IMG/VR virus record: IMGVR_UViG_3300025389_001063 | Reading direction: 5' to 3' (one strand) | DNA length: 64,000 nucleotides | DNA from: a virus | Taxonomy: Duplodnaviria; Caudoviricetes | Part shown: positions 41,063 through 49,834 of the stretch, piece by piece | How positions within the stretch are numbered: position 1 is the stretch's first letter | Layout: each line of letters opens with the position of its first letter | Position numbers and translations under genes: made by a program | Notes under the pieces: generated by a model | Told to the model about the DNA's origin: nothing | The model's database searches: none | Seen by the model: the letters and a program-made list of their open reading frames with translations, nothing else

Positions 41063-43849
41063 TTATTTTGGATTAGTTCCACTGCCTACTTGCTGACTAG
41101 GAACTAATGGTGGTGTAGTAGGACCAACTGATACTGATCCAGATCCTGACGGACTGGAACCAGAAGAGCTAGGAGAAGTTGGATACGATGGTCCACCGCC
41201 TGAATTAATTCCAGCACTTTGTAACATTCTTTCTACTCTTCCTTTTTTTGATCCGATAAACTGTCTAAGACCTCTTTTAGTTATTGGACCATTAGGATAT
41301 TCTCTCCATCCAGGATTTGCAGCCCATGCTTTACCACCTGTGGGGTAGATTTCTTGTCCTTCTGGAATTTTCATTTTTGCAGGAGCAGCAATAGACAGAT
41401 ATATTTGTTCTACTCCTTGTGGATTACCATTCTTTTGAAAATATTTTTCTACATAATCTAATTGTTGTGCTCTAGTCATAGATCTTAATGCACCAGTAGT
41501 GGTTCCAACCGATGCTGCCGCAGAATTTCCAAACTGAATCAATCCAGTATATCCATATCTATTTTGAATACTTGGATTCATAGTAAATCCGGCCTCGGCA
41601 GCAAATACTGATAATAATTCTGCTAATGTACATCCATGTCTTTGTGCAATTTGTTGTGCTTTAGATAAGAATTCTCTATCTTTTGTCCAATTTGGTGGAT
41701 AGTCATCGGTATAATTGCTATCTAATGGTTTTGAATTGTAGGAATTTGCTAAATTTGGAGCATCATGTCTTGAATATTTTGATGTATCTGGTCTTCCTCC
41801 AGAATATCCGCCATAACTATTTGAAATTCCATCAAGGTCTTGAACTGTTCTTATAGTAAATTGTTTTCCATCTGGATATACTACAGTTCTTTTGTCATCC
41901 ATATTTAATAATCTTACATGAACATTTGCTGGATTTAAATTCTCGTGTTGGAAAGGTTCCCAAGTTGGAACTCTTTTATTAATACAAGACCCCCACCCTT
42001 CTGCTGGAAAACAATTAGGACTAATAAGAGTAGAATAACCTCCACCTGCTGTTTGCATACCTGGCGCACCAGTTGCTTGATCTGCTTCGATTGGTTCTCT
42101 AGCAGGATACGGAGTAGATGGTGCATCGTTGACAGAATATTTGTTACCATCTTGAAAATGAACTTCTGATCCAGAATTTATTACAGTATTACCAGATGAT
42201 GTTGAAACTAATGTTCCGGCAGATTGTAACATATATCCGCCGCCGCCGGCCTTTAATGCTATAGCACCAGTTCCTTGAATTACTATCAAAGGTGTTTTTT
42301 GTGTAATTTGTGTACCTGATGCCATAGTTATTTTAGAATCAGCATTTACATTAATATCATTATAACCATTTATTACTACATCATGTCCTGCTAATAGATG
42401 TAAATCTCTACCAGCAATTCTAGTATCACTACCTGATAAAATATGTGTTTGCATATCTGAAGTTATCAAAGCATTTTGCGATCTTACTTCAAAATTTCCT
42501 TGAACGTTTAATAATAAATTACCTGCAATAGTCCATTCATAACTTGTACCTGTAAAATTAATAGAATCACCTCTTAAATGGTTTCCTGATTGTCCTTCAG
42601 AATACAAATGATTTCCTGCCATAGTACTATGATCATTTTCAGTATGATGAAAAGAACTTCCTGTAACTTTTACACTGTGATCACCACTAGTTGCATTTAC
42701 AGTATTACCTGAAACATTAGTAACATGATTACCATAAACTTGTTGTGCTATATGTCTACCAGCAGTCATTTGTATGTCTGCACCTGAACTCATATGAACA
42801 CCTTCAGCAGCATAAAATTCTATTTTACCGTTAGATGTAAATTCCATCCAAGCAGTACCCCTAGAATTTGTAATATAAACAAAGTCTTCCGAACTATGTA
42901 AAAGAATTTGTGCTCCTCTTCTTGTTCTAATTCTAAATGCTTCATCTTTAGGAAAATCAACTAATCCAGACTCTCCTTTTTCTAAATCAGCGTATTCTGG
43001 AGGACCTTCCCAAGGTCTCGATTTCCTTAAAAATCTTTCATCACCGTCATCCATAACAATACAATGACCGCCCATTCTACTAACAAATTTGTTAATTTTT
43101 TGACTGTCTCTACCTACCATACCTTTTTTAGCACCATTTCTTTTATCGATAGGTCCAGGGGTACTCCATCCATAAACATTGCTAGGACTTTCTCTTCTAG
43201 CAGAACTAGTATGAACTCCTCTATAAGGATCATTAATTGTTCCTTGTTCTAATAATCTTTCAGCAATAGGATGAACTGGTTTTTTATTAGCCTCTACATC
43301 TGGATTTGGTGATTTTGATCCCATTTTAAAAATTTGTCTATTAACTTCACCCACCGGTAAAAAAGTTGTTCCAAAATGAGATTCTGTTCCTGTAACATCT
43401 AACCAATCTGTATCAGAACTAACTCTTAATTGATCTTGTGGATAAGTGCTACCGGCAATACCAGGAATCATATAATTCATATATGCATCCTGAACACAAC
43501 CCATCCAAAATCCTTGTCCCGGATCGCTATCAACAAAAATAACCATAACAGTAACACCAACGTCAGGTGGAACTGCCCAAAAACCATAACTTTTTTGTGT
43601 GTCATTAAATTCTGATGGTGACGCTCCCATAAAATCTACACTAGTGCAACCATAAAAAGGACTTAAATATCTTACAACAAATAATTGTTGAGTTGCTTCT
43701 TTTTGATTTCCAATAGGTCTTAATAATTCAACTTCTAAAGAACCCTGTTTCATAGGATCTGTATTGCTAACAATTCTTGCAAGATAAGGACCGGGATTTG
43801 GAAGAAGTGTTGTATTAATTAAATTGGGGGCTCTTTTGTCTACTGACAT
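41063..43849 (-). CDS. gp5: Baseplate hub spike gp5/VgrG-like with C-terminal lytic-transglycosylase-like domain
   Basis: N-terminal OB fold (GPY.A.I...DP...G.L.V...W..PPD.G..V.V.F...D...G.W.GC), beta-helix repeats, then LL.V.AAEAG...P...N..G..GLIQF. Confidence 0.8.
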   Translation of the reverse strand: MSVDKRAPNLINTTLLPNPGPYLARIVSNTDPMKQGSLEVELLRPIGNQKEATQQLFVVRYLSPFYGCTSVDFMGASPSEFNDTQKSYGFWAVPPDVGVTVMVIFVDSDPGQGFWMGCVQDAYMNYMIPGIAGSTYPQDQLRVSSDTDWLDVTGTESHFGTTFLPVGEVNRQIFKMGSKSPNPDVEANKKPVHPIAERLLEQGTINDPYRGVHTSSARRESPSNVYGWSTPGPIDKRNGAKKGMVGRDSQKINKFVSRMGGHCIVMDDGDERFLRKSRPWEGPPEYADLEKGESGLVDFPKDEAFRIRTRRGAQILLHSSEDFVYITNSRGTAWMEFTSNGKIEFYAAEGVHMSSGADIQMTAGRHIAQQVYGNHVTNVSGNTVNATSGDHSVKVTGSSFHHTENDHSTMAGNHLYSEGQSGNHLRGDSINFTGTSYEWTIAGNLLLNVQGNFEVRSQNALITSDMQTHILSGSDTRIAGRDLHLLAGHDVVINGYNDINVNADSKITMASGTQITQKTPLIVIQGTGAIALKAGGGGYMLQSAGTLVSTSSGNTVINSGSEVHFQDGNKYSVNDAPSTPYPAREPIEADQATGAPGMQTAGGGYSTLISPNCFPAEGWGSCINKRVPTWEPFQHENLNPANVHVRLLNMDDKRTVVYPDGKQFTIRTVQDLDGISNSYGGYSGGRPDTSKYSRHDAPNLANSYNSKPLDSNYTDDYPPNWTKDREFLSKAQQIAQRHGCTLAELLSVFAAEAGFTMNPSIQNRYGYTGLIQFGNSAAASVGTTTGALRSMTRAQQLDYVEKYFQKNGNPQGVEQIYLSIAAPAKMKIPEGQEIYPTGGKAWAANPGWREYPNGPITKRGLRQFIGSKKGRVERMLQSAGINSGGGPSYPTSPSSSGSSPSGSGSVSVGPTTPPLVPSQQVGSGTNPK

Positions 43850-43883
43850 TGTTAATCCTTGTTATATAATTATTATTCTTTTA

Positions 43884-45977
43884 TTATCCTGTAGGTGTTG
43901 TTGGAGTTGACGAAGAAGGGGTTGTTGGTGTAGATCCGCTTGCAGGAGTTGTTGGACCTGAACTTGTAGAAGGTGTACCACTATTATTGCTATTTTCATA
44001 TACAAAGATTGTTTGTGCATTAGTACCTAATTGTGCCCTTAGACGAATTCCTTCAATAACTTGAGTAAACATATTTTTATTAAATTTAGATTCAACTTGT
44101 ATTACTTGATAAAGCCCACTCCACATCTCAATATCTGTATCAAAGTTGTAAAGACCTGTGTTAGGATCAAAGTCTGTTGGAGTTCTAAAATTTACAATTA
44201 TCATAACTTCACTATCTTGGTAATTCATTGATCCATCAGATAATGAATTTCCTTGTCCTCTATCAATCCACTGACTTCCCATTCCACTAGTAGGAATATA
44301 ATAAGGGTCTCCCATAATTTCCATGTTTAAATTGATCATATCTCCAGGATTAGTTAAAAGTTTAAACATAGTTCTACCCTGTGATGTAGGAGCATCATCT
44401 GTTCCTGATCCACCTGGCCCTTTATAAAAATATTGTCTTTGTGCTGCTTCGACTGCAACCGGATTCCATTCTTTTGATATTTCAGTAAAAGAAGGTGTAA
44501 CAGTTGTACCAATTTTACTAGAAGGAGTTGTTAATGCAGGCGTAGTTGGGGGAGTCGGATTTGTTCCTCCAGTTACATCAGCATTACCAAAGACAAAGTT
44601 TGGTTCTTGTCCACCTGCTGTGATGCCTTTCCCTCCTGGATTTGATTGTCCAACTCTGTTAGTAATATCAGCAGATATTGGCGTAAAAAATGCCATATCA
44701 AAATGTAAATCTAATTTTAAAATCTCAGTGTTCTGTCCAGTATAGATATAATTATAAACTCTAGTAACTGTATTTCTTAAATTATCAAAACCTACTTCAG
44801 GTTTTTCTCCTGGAGGAAGAAATCTATGTATGTGAACTTTGTAAGGAATAACTCTATAAATGATTGTTCTTTTTTGCCTTCCTAATTGTTTAACTTCTTG
44901 ATCATCATGTACTCTAGCATCAATCCTATACCAATTTACCATTCCATTATCATCTGTTTTAAATTTACTTCCAACTACCTGATTAGTTATGTACTTGCTT
45001 CTTATAACAACTTCATTAATAATGTCAGGAATAGATATTTCTTGTGTAAAGTGCCAATTTCTATCTTTTTCTAATTTAAACTGAGAAGTTCTATAAATTT
45101 GCTTTCCTTCAAACCACAATTTTGATGCAATTGGATCAGGAAAAGGCTGTGTTCCACCATTATTATAATCTACATATACTTCCGAATCACCGATAATATT
45201 TTTTGATCCATCATCATCTGTATAGTCGTTAGGAAATTGAATTTCAATCTCATCTAAATCTTCAATATGTTTTGTTGCTTTTTCTCGACTATATCGGCCT
45301 TGTAATTGATTTAATAAACTTCCTGGGCCATATGATAAAATATCTTTAACTGTAGCACCAGATAATTGAACGTCTGAAACATTTCTAACTGATTGCTCTC
45401 TAAATCCAAACTCATTATAAGGTATAGCTTCTACTTCATATGTTGATCCTGTAGTTCCTACAGAAAATTTAACATCAATAATTTTAATAGGAATAATTCT
45501 TGTTAAATTATCTGTAGCAACACCTGGTGCATTATCAATATATCCTATCCATTCTATCATAAAAATGTAAGGTGACTCTTTAAAATTTGAGTATCCAGAA
45601 CTTTCTCCTGCTGTTCTTAAAGATAACATAAAAAGTCCCATACTATATGGTTCAAAAACTTTAAATGAAATTTTTGTTGCAAATGAATTGCCTGTTTTAT
45701 CGCTATTTCTAGGTATAGTAACTATTGTTACATCATCTATAAAATAATCAAATCTTCCAAAATCTGTTTGAACTCCGCCATCGGGTCCAATACTTTGTGA
45801 TCTACAAATTATGTTTTGTATATCAGTTTTTTGAATTCTATTACCGTTAATTTGTGGCTTAGTACATCCTGCAAGAGTAAAAAGATTGTTAAATGACTGA
45901 AAGTCATCTAAAGGATTAGGTGCTTGAGCTTGAGTCTGATAAAGAGCAGTACTACTAGATGTTAGTGACGAAGCCAT
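43884..45977 (-). CDS. Baseplate hub protein (gp27/gpD-like)
   Basis: Position between the gp53-like and gp5-like genes; I.FKVFEPY, I.GDPY, G.Y.V..VES.F....F.Q motifs of late-control D-like hubs. Confidence 0.6.
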   Translation of the reverse strand: MASSLTSSSTALYQTQAQAPNPLDDFQSFNNLFTLAGCTKPQINGNRIQKTDIQNIICRSQSIGPDGGVQTDFGRFDYFIDDVTIVTIPRNSDKTGNSFATKISFKVFEPYSMGLFMLSLRTAGESSGYSNFKESPYIFMIEWIGYIDNAPGVATDNLTRIIPIKIIDVKFSVGTTGSTYEVEAIPYNEFGFREQSVRNVSDVQLSGATVKDILSYGPGSLLNQLQGRYSREKATKHIEDLDEIEIQFPNDYTDDDGSKNIIGDSEVYVDYNNGGTQPFPDPIASKLWFEGKQIYRTSQFKLEKDRNWHFTQEISIPDIINEVVIRSKYITNQVVGSKFKTDDNGMVNWYRIDARVHDDQEVKQLGRQKRTIIYRVIPYKVHIHRFLPPGEKPEVGFDNLRNTVTRVYNYIYTGQNTEILKLDLHFDMAFFTPISADITNRVGQSNPGGKGITAGGQEPNFVFGNADVTGGTNPTPPTTPALTTPSSKIGTTVTPSFTEISKEWNPVAVEAAQRQYFYKGPGGSGTDDAPTSQGRTMFKLLTNPGDMINLNMEIMGDPYYIPTSGMGSQWIDRGQGNSLSDGSMNYQDSEVMIIVNFRTPTDFDPNTGLYNFDTDIEMWSGLYQVIQVESKFNKNMFTQVIEGIRLRAQLGTNAQTIFVYENSNNSGTPSTSSGPTTPASGSTPTTPSSSTPTTPTG

Positions 45978-45978
45978 A

Positions 45979-46290
45979 TTATAATCCTAATGATTTTAAC
46001 AAAGGTGTCTTTTTTGGTAATTGAATAATTACTCCTGCACGAAAATCATTTATAGGATCAAATATAACATCAATATTTCTTTGCATAAAAACCCACCAAA
46101 GCCTAGAAGTTCCATATAAATCATAGGCTAATAAATCTGGTCTATGTGTATATTGAGGTTGTATTTTATAAGCATAGTCATCAGGATCTGCAGGTATTAT
46201 CCTAGGTACCCATATATCTAAGTAATTTTTATTTTTAGGAGTTTGATAGTACAGACTATAATTTGCATATTTTGCTGGCATTATACCCAT
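45979..46290 (-). CDS. gp53: Baseplate wedge gp53/LysM-like protein
   Basis: Y.I.PQY..RPDLLAYDLYG...LWWVF..RN......PI.DF..G..I.LP. Confidence 0.8.
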   Translation of the reverse strand: MGIMPAKYANYSLYYQTPKNKNYLDIWVPRIIPADPDDYAYKIQPQYTHRPDLLAYDLYGTSRLWWVFMQRNIDVIFDPINDFRAGVIIQLPKKTPLLKSLGL

Positions 46291-47114
46291 CCTAATCCAT
46301 TTTGATCTAACAACACACCATTTGCAAAGTCGTTTAAATTAAAAGATTTAACTTGTGTTCTACTATAAACTGGCTGTACTGTTACTGAAATTTCCGATGA
46401 TGTAGGAACATATGTTACACTAGATCCAGGTCCGCCTGCTGTAGATGCAATATAATCAACATTGTTAGGCATATTAACTGTAAAATTCTTAACTATAACA
46501 GGAACATTATTATAAACAAAATCTCCATAACCATTTAAAATACAAATAGGTGGAGGATTTCCTAAATTTTGTCCTGTTCCAAAAAACATTTTTGTAACAG
46601 TTCTTAAAAAATGTACACTGGCTATCCAATACGCTGCTTCATCTGAATTTTGAACTGTAAATTTCCCAGTTATTTGAATTTCATCAACTTGGCTATTTCT
46701 ATAAGCATAAAATGGATAGTTTACATGAGAAATATCCATTTGTTGATAATTTGCTGTATGACTCATAACTATCTGAGGTAGATATGGAAAAACCATGCTA
46801 AAATCAGTGTTTATAAACGGAGTAAAAACATTACTATTTTCTACTATTAAATCACAAGAAATTCTAACTCTCCACTCTTTTGATGCTGCTGTACTCGAAT
46901 ATTGTGCTGAAACAAATGCAGTACTTAAAGAAGGCTCTGCTCCTGCAGGAATTCCATTAGAACGAAAAGTAGTTGCTAATGCGTTAGGATCAGTATTAAC
47001 TGAAGTTGAAGAATAACCACCAGTTACAGAACTGCCTATCGAACTGAGGACTTGTCCTGTAGAATCAATAGTTGATGAAACTCCAGCAAGTGCATCTGTA
47101 AGTATATTAGCCAT
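46281..47114 (-). CDS. Baseplate-tail tube junction/initiator protein (gp48/gp54-like)
   Basis: FPY.P.I...HTA.Y...H.NY....Y..S.V..I.ITG.F...W.A..HFLRTVTKM.FG...G.PPP...L.GYG. Confidence 0.6.
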   Translation of the reverse strand: MANILTDALAGVSSTIDSTGQVLSSIGSSVTGGYSSTSVNTDPNALATTFRSNGIPAGAEPSLSTAFVSAQYSSTAASKEWRVRISCDLIVENSNVFTPFINTDFSMVFPYLPQIVMSHTANYQQMDISHVNYPFYAYRNSQVDEIQITGKFTVQNSDEAAYWIASVHFLRTVTKMFFGTGQNLGNPPPICILNGYGDFVYNNVPVIVKNFTVNMPNNVDYIASTAGGPGSSVTYVPTSSEISVTVQPVYSRTQVKSFNLNDFANGVLLDQNGLGWV

Positions 47115-47130
47115 AATAAATCTCCTTAAA

Positions 47131-47165
47131 TATTTATTGCAATAATTAAGTACTCATATTATAAT
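47131..47165. promoter_or_regulatory. Overlapping divergent promoters: late ATAAATA (- strand, 47131-47137) and sigma70 TTGCAA-N17-TATAAT (+ strand, 47137-47165)
   Basis: Exact spacing counted from the sequence; RBSs AGGAG (- strand) and GGAG (+ strand) follow each. Confidence 0.75.
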
Positions 47166-47182
47166 ACTTTTGGAGATCTCAT

Positions 47183-48007
47183 ATGGCCAAAGTAAATTAT
47201 TTGAATAATAAAGATTTATTAGAAGAAATACATAAAAGTAAAATATCATATTGCAGTTACATAGATTCTAATTATAGCGATTACGATTTAATACTACCAA
47301 GTTTAGAAAAAATAAACATACGTACAATAGCAGAAGCAAAGAAAAATAAAGCAAAAAAACTAACTTCTAAAGAATTTGAACGAAGAAAATTAGCAGGAGA
47401 TAAAAAGGTAAAACTTAGCGAATGTGAAATAGACTATAGAAAAATAGAAAAGGGAGATATTATATTTCGCATTATGACTTTTGATCATATTCCTTTAGCA
47501 CCTGGTCGTAAAAAGAAAACTAAAACTAGAGCAGATGCACACGAAAAAGTAAATTTCCCTCCATTCCAACACTGGAAATTTGATGATAATGGTGTATTAA
47601 TTTGTGTAGGGAAAAGTCACTGGATTGGTGGTATGGAAAATGGTCACTTCTCCAAAGAACATGGAAAATTCACTAACAAACTAGCAAAAATGTTTATGAA
47701 ATTATGCGAAAGATATGCTACACGTAGTAATGTAAGAGGCTACACATACAACGATGAAATGCGTGGACAAGCAATTTTACAACTAACACAGATAGGACTA
47801 CAATTCGATGAGTCGAAATCAAACAATCCTTTTGCTTATTATACTGCCGCCGTTACTAATAGCTTTGTTCGAGTTATTAATATAGAAAAGAAGAATCAAA
47901 ACATTCGTGATGACATTCTTGAGATGAATAATTTTAATCCTAGTTATACACGACAAAGTAATCACGAATGGAATCAAGCGGTTGAACGGCACAAAAGTAA
48001 AGATTGA
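47183..48007 (+). CDS. gp55: Late-transcription sigma factor gp55-like
   Basis: NYLNNKDLL.EI...; T.KLA.MFMKL.ERYA...N..GYTY..EM...A........QFD..KS.NPFAYYT....N.F...I..EKK. Confidence 0.88.
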   Translation: MAKVNYLNNKDLLEEIHKSKISYCSYIDSNYSDYDLILPSLEKINIRTIAEAKKNKAKKLTSKEFERRKLAGDKKVKLSECEIDYRKIEKGDIIFRIMTFDHIPLAPGRKKKTKTRADAHEKVNFPPFQHWKFDDNGVLICVGKSHWIGGMENGHFSKEHGKFTNKLAKMFMKLCERYATRSNVRGYTYNDEMRGQAILQLTQIGLQFDESKSNNPFAYYTAAVTNSFVRVINIEKKNQNIRDDILEMNNFNPSYTRQSNHEWNQAVERHKSKD

Positions 48008-48052
48008 TTATTTTTAATCCGAAGTGTATAATCATAAATATATACTTCGGAG
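48004..48052 (+). promoter_or_regulatory. 13-bp hairpin occluding the homing-endonuclease RBS, with a late promoter in the loop and an overlapping sigma70 promoter
   Basis: TCCGAAGTGTATA (48018-48030) / TATATACTTCGGA (48039-48051), one G-U pair; ATAAATA 48034-48040; TTGATT (48004-48009)-N17-TATAAT (48027-48032); GGAG 48049-48052. Confidence 0.75.
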
Positions 48053-48058
48053 TTAAAT

Positions 48059-48820
48059 ATGTTTATCTATAAAATTACAGCGGGCGGAAAAGTATATATA
48101 GGGTTTGATACTAAACCTACATATAAGAAATCTAGATGGAAAGATCATTGTCGAGAATCGTTAAAAGATAATCCTAAAAGAAAAATCCATATTATCATGA
48201 AAGAAGTAGGAATTGAAAATTGTCAGTATGAAGTAATTGATGATTCTTTTTCTTCTTTAGGATCATTAGCACTATCTGAAATCGAATACATTGAAAAATA
48301 TAATTCTTTTAAGAATGGTCTTAATTCTAGTCTAGGAGGAGATGGGTTAGGACACACGGGATTTTCAAAACTTACAGAAGATGAAATACAGAAAATTAGA
48401 GAAAAATTAGGTTCTAAATTAAAAGATTATAACACTAATATAAAGTGGGCTAATACTACTAAAGAAGATAGAAAAAAGTTAACAGCACATCTTCATACTC
48501 AAGAGATTTATGAAAAAAGATCTAATACCTTAAAAGAATTTTATAAAGAAAATCCAGAAGAAAAATCTAAAAAAAGTAAAGGTATTACTAATTGGCAAAA
48601 ACATAATCGAGATACTTTACTCAACAACAATAAAAAGAATTCTATAAAAGGAGCAGAAAAAGTTTCTAAAAAAATAAAAGTTGAATTAGAAGATGGTACT
48701 CTGCTATACTATAAAAGTAAAAGTGACTTTCAAAGGCAAACTGGCCAGTGGGCTAATACTATTATTCAAAAAACTAAATTAGGTAATTTTTTTAACGGCT
48801 ACAAAGCATGGGAAATATAA
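48059..48820 (+). CDS. Free-standing GIY-YIG homing endonuclease (Seg-like)
   Basis: FIYKIT..GKVYIG...R...H; E.EYI..YNS..NGLN...GG; basic C-terminal DNA-binding region. Confidence 0.85.
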   Translation: MFIYKITAGGKVYIGFDTKPTYKKSRWKDHCRESLKDNPKRKIHIIMKEVGIENCQYEVIDDSFSSLGSLALSEIEYIEKYNSFKNGLNSSLGGDGLGHTGFSKLTEDEIQKIREKLGSKLKDYNTNIKWANTTKEDRKKLTAHLHTQEIYEKRSNTLKEFYKENPEEKSKKSKGITNWQKHNRDTLLNNNKKNSIKGAEKVSKKIKVELEDGTLLYYKSKSDFQRQTGQWANTIIQKTKLGNFFNGYKAWEI

Positions 48821-49834
48821 ATGGCTAATCTTTTCAAGAAAATTGCTGCGATGACTGACATCCATTTTGGCCTTAAAAGTAATTCTAAGATTCATAATGA
48901 TGACTGTGAAGAATTTGTAGATTGGTTTATAGAAACTGCCAAGAAAGAAAATTGTGATACCGCAATATTCTGCGGCGATTGGAACCACAATCGAAACACA
49001 ATCAATATTACTACCATGAATGCTGGTTTGTCTTCGTTAGAGAAACTAGGAAAGGCATTTGACAACTTCATTTTCTTTCCTGGTAATCACGACCTCTATT
49101 ACAAAGACCGAAGAGATGTTACTTCTGTAGCATTTGGTAGACATATTCCTGGCGTTAATATGATTACTGAACCTACTGTTATAGATGATGTTGCATTAGT
49201 TCCATGGCTTATAGGCGACGAGTGGAAAAACTTAGCCAAGGTAAAAAGTCGATACATGTTTGGACATTTTGAACTACCGTTATTTTATATGAACGCGATG
49301 GTTCAAATGCCCGACCATGGAGAATTACAAGTAGATAGTTTAAGAAATAATGAAATTGTTTTTTCAGGACATTTCCATCATAGGCAGGCAAGAGATAATG
49401 TTCATTACATCGGTAATGCCTTTCCTCACAATTATGCCGATGCCGGAGACGATGACCGTGGTATGATGATTTTAGAATGGGGCGGGACACCAAAATATAT
49501 TAACTGGCCAAAAATGCCGACTTATAGAACTGTGAAGTTAAGTCAATTAATTGACAACATGGATACCATGTTAAAATCTAAAATGCATCTACGTGTAGCA
49601 CTAGACATTGATATTAGTTTTGAAGAAGCAAACTTTATCAAAGAAACTGTTATGGGAAATTATGATATTAGAGAATGTACTCTTGTTCCTGAGAAAAAAG
49701 AATTAGAAGGAAATTCAACATTAGAAATTACTAATTTTGAATCAGTTGATCAAATTGTTACCAATCAGATTGTAAACATTGAGAGTGAAAACTATAATAG
49801 TAAAATATTGCTGGAGATTTATAACAACTTATGA
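48821..49834 (+). CDS. gp47: Recombination endonuclease gp47 (Mre11/SbcD-like)
   Basis: TDIHFG, GDWNH, GNHD, GHFE and SGHFH metallophosphoesterase motifs. Confidence 0.92.
   Translation: MANLFKKIAAMTDIHFGLKSNSKIHNDDCEEFVDWFIETAKKENCDTAIFCGDWNHNRNTINITTMNAGLSSLEKLGKAFDNFIFFPGNHDLYYKDRRDVTSVAFGRHIPGVNMITEPTVIDDVALVPWLIGDEWKNLAKVKSRYMFGHFELPLFYMNAMVQMPDHGELQVDSLRNNEIVFSGHFHHRQARDNVHYIGNAFPHNYADAGDDDRGMMILEWGGTPKYINWPKMPTYRTVKLSQLIDNMDTMLKSKMHLRVALDIDISFEEANFIKETVMGNYDIRECTLVPEKKELEGNSTLEITNFESVDQIVTNQIVNIESENYNSKILLEIYNNL

Noticed and set aside
47120-47177. ATCTCC/GGAGAT inverted repeat
   Set aside because: It is explained by two divergent Shine-Dalgarno sequences; no single predicted transcript contains both arms.
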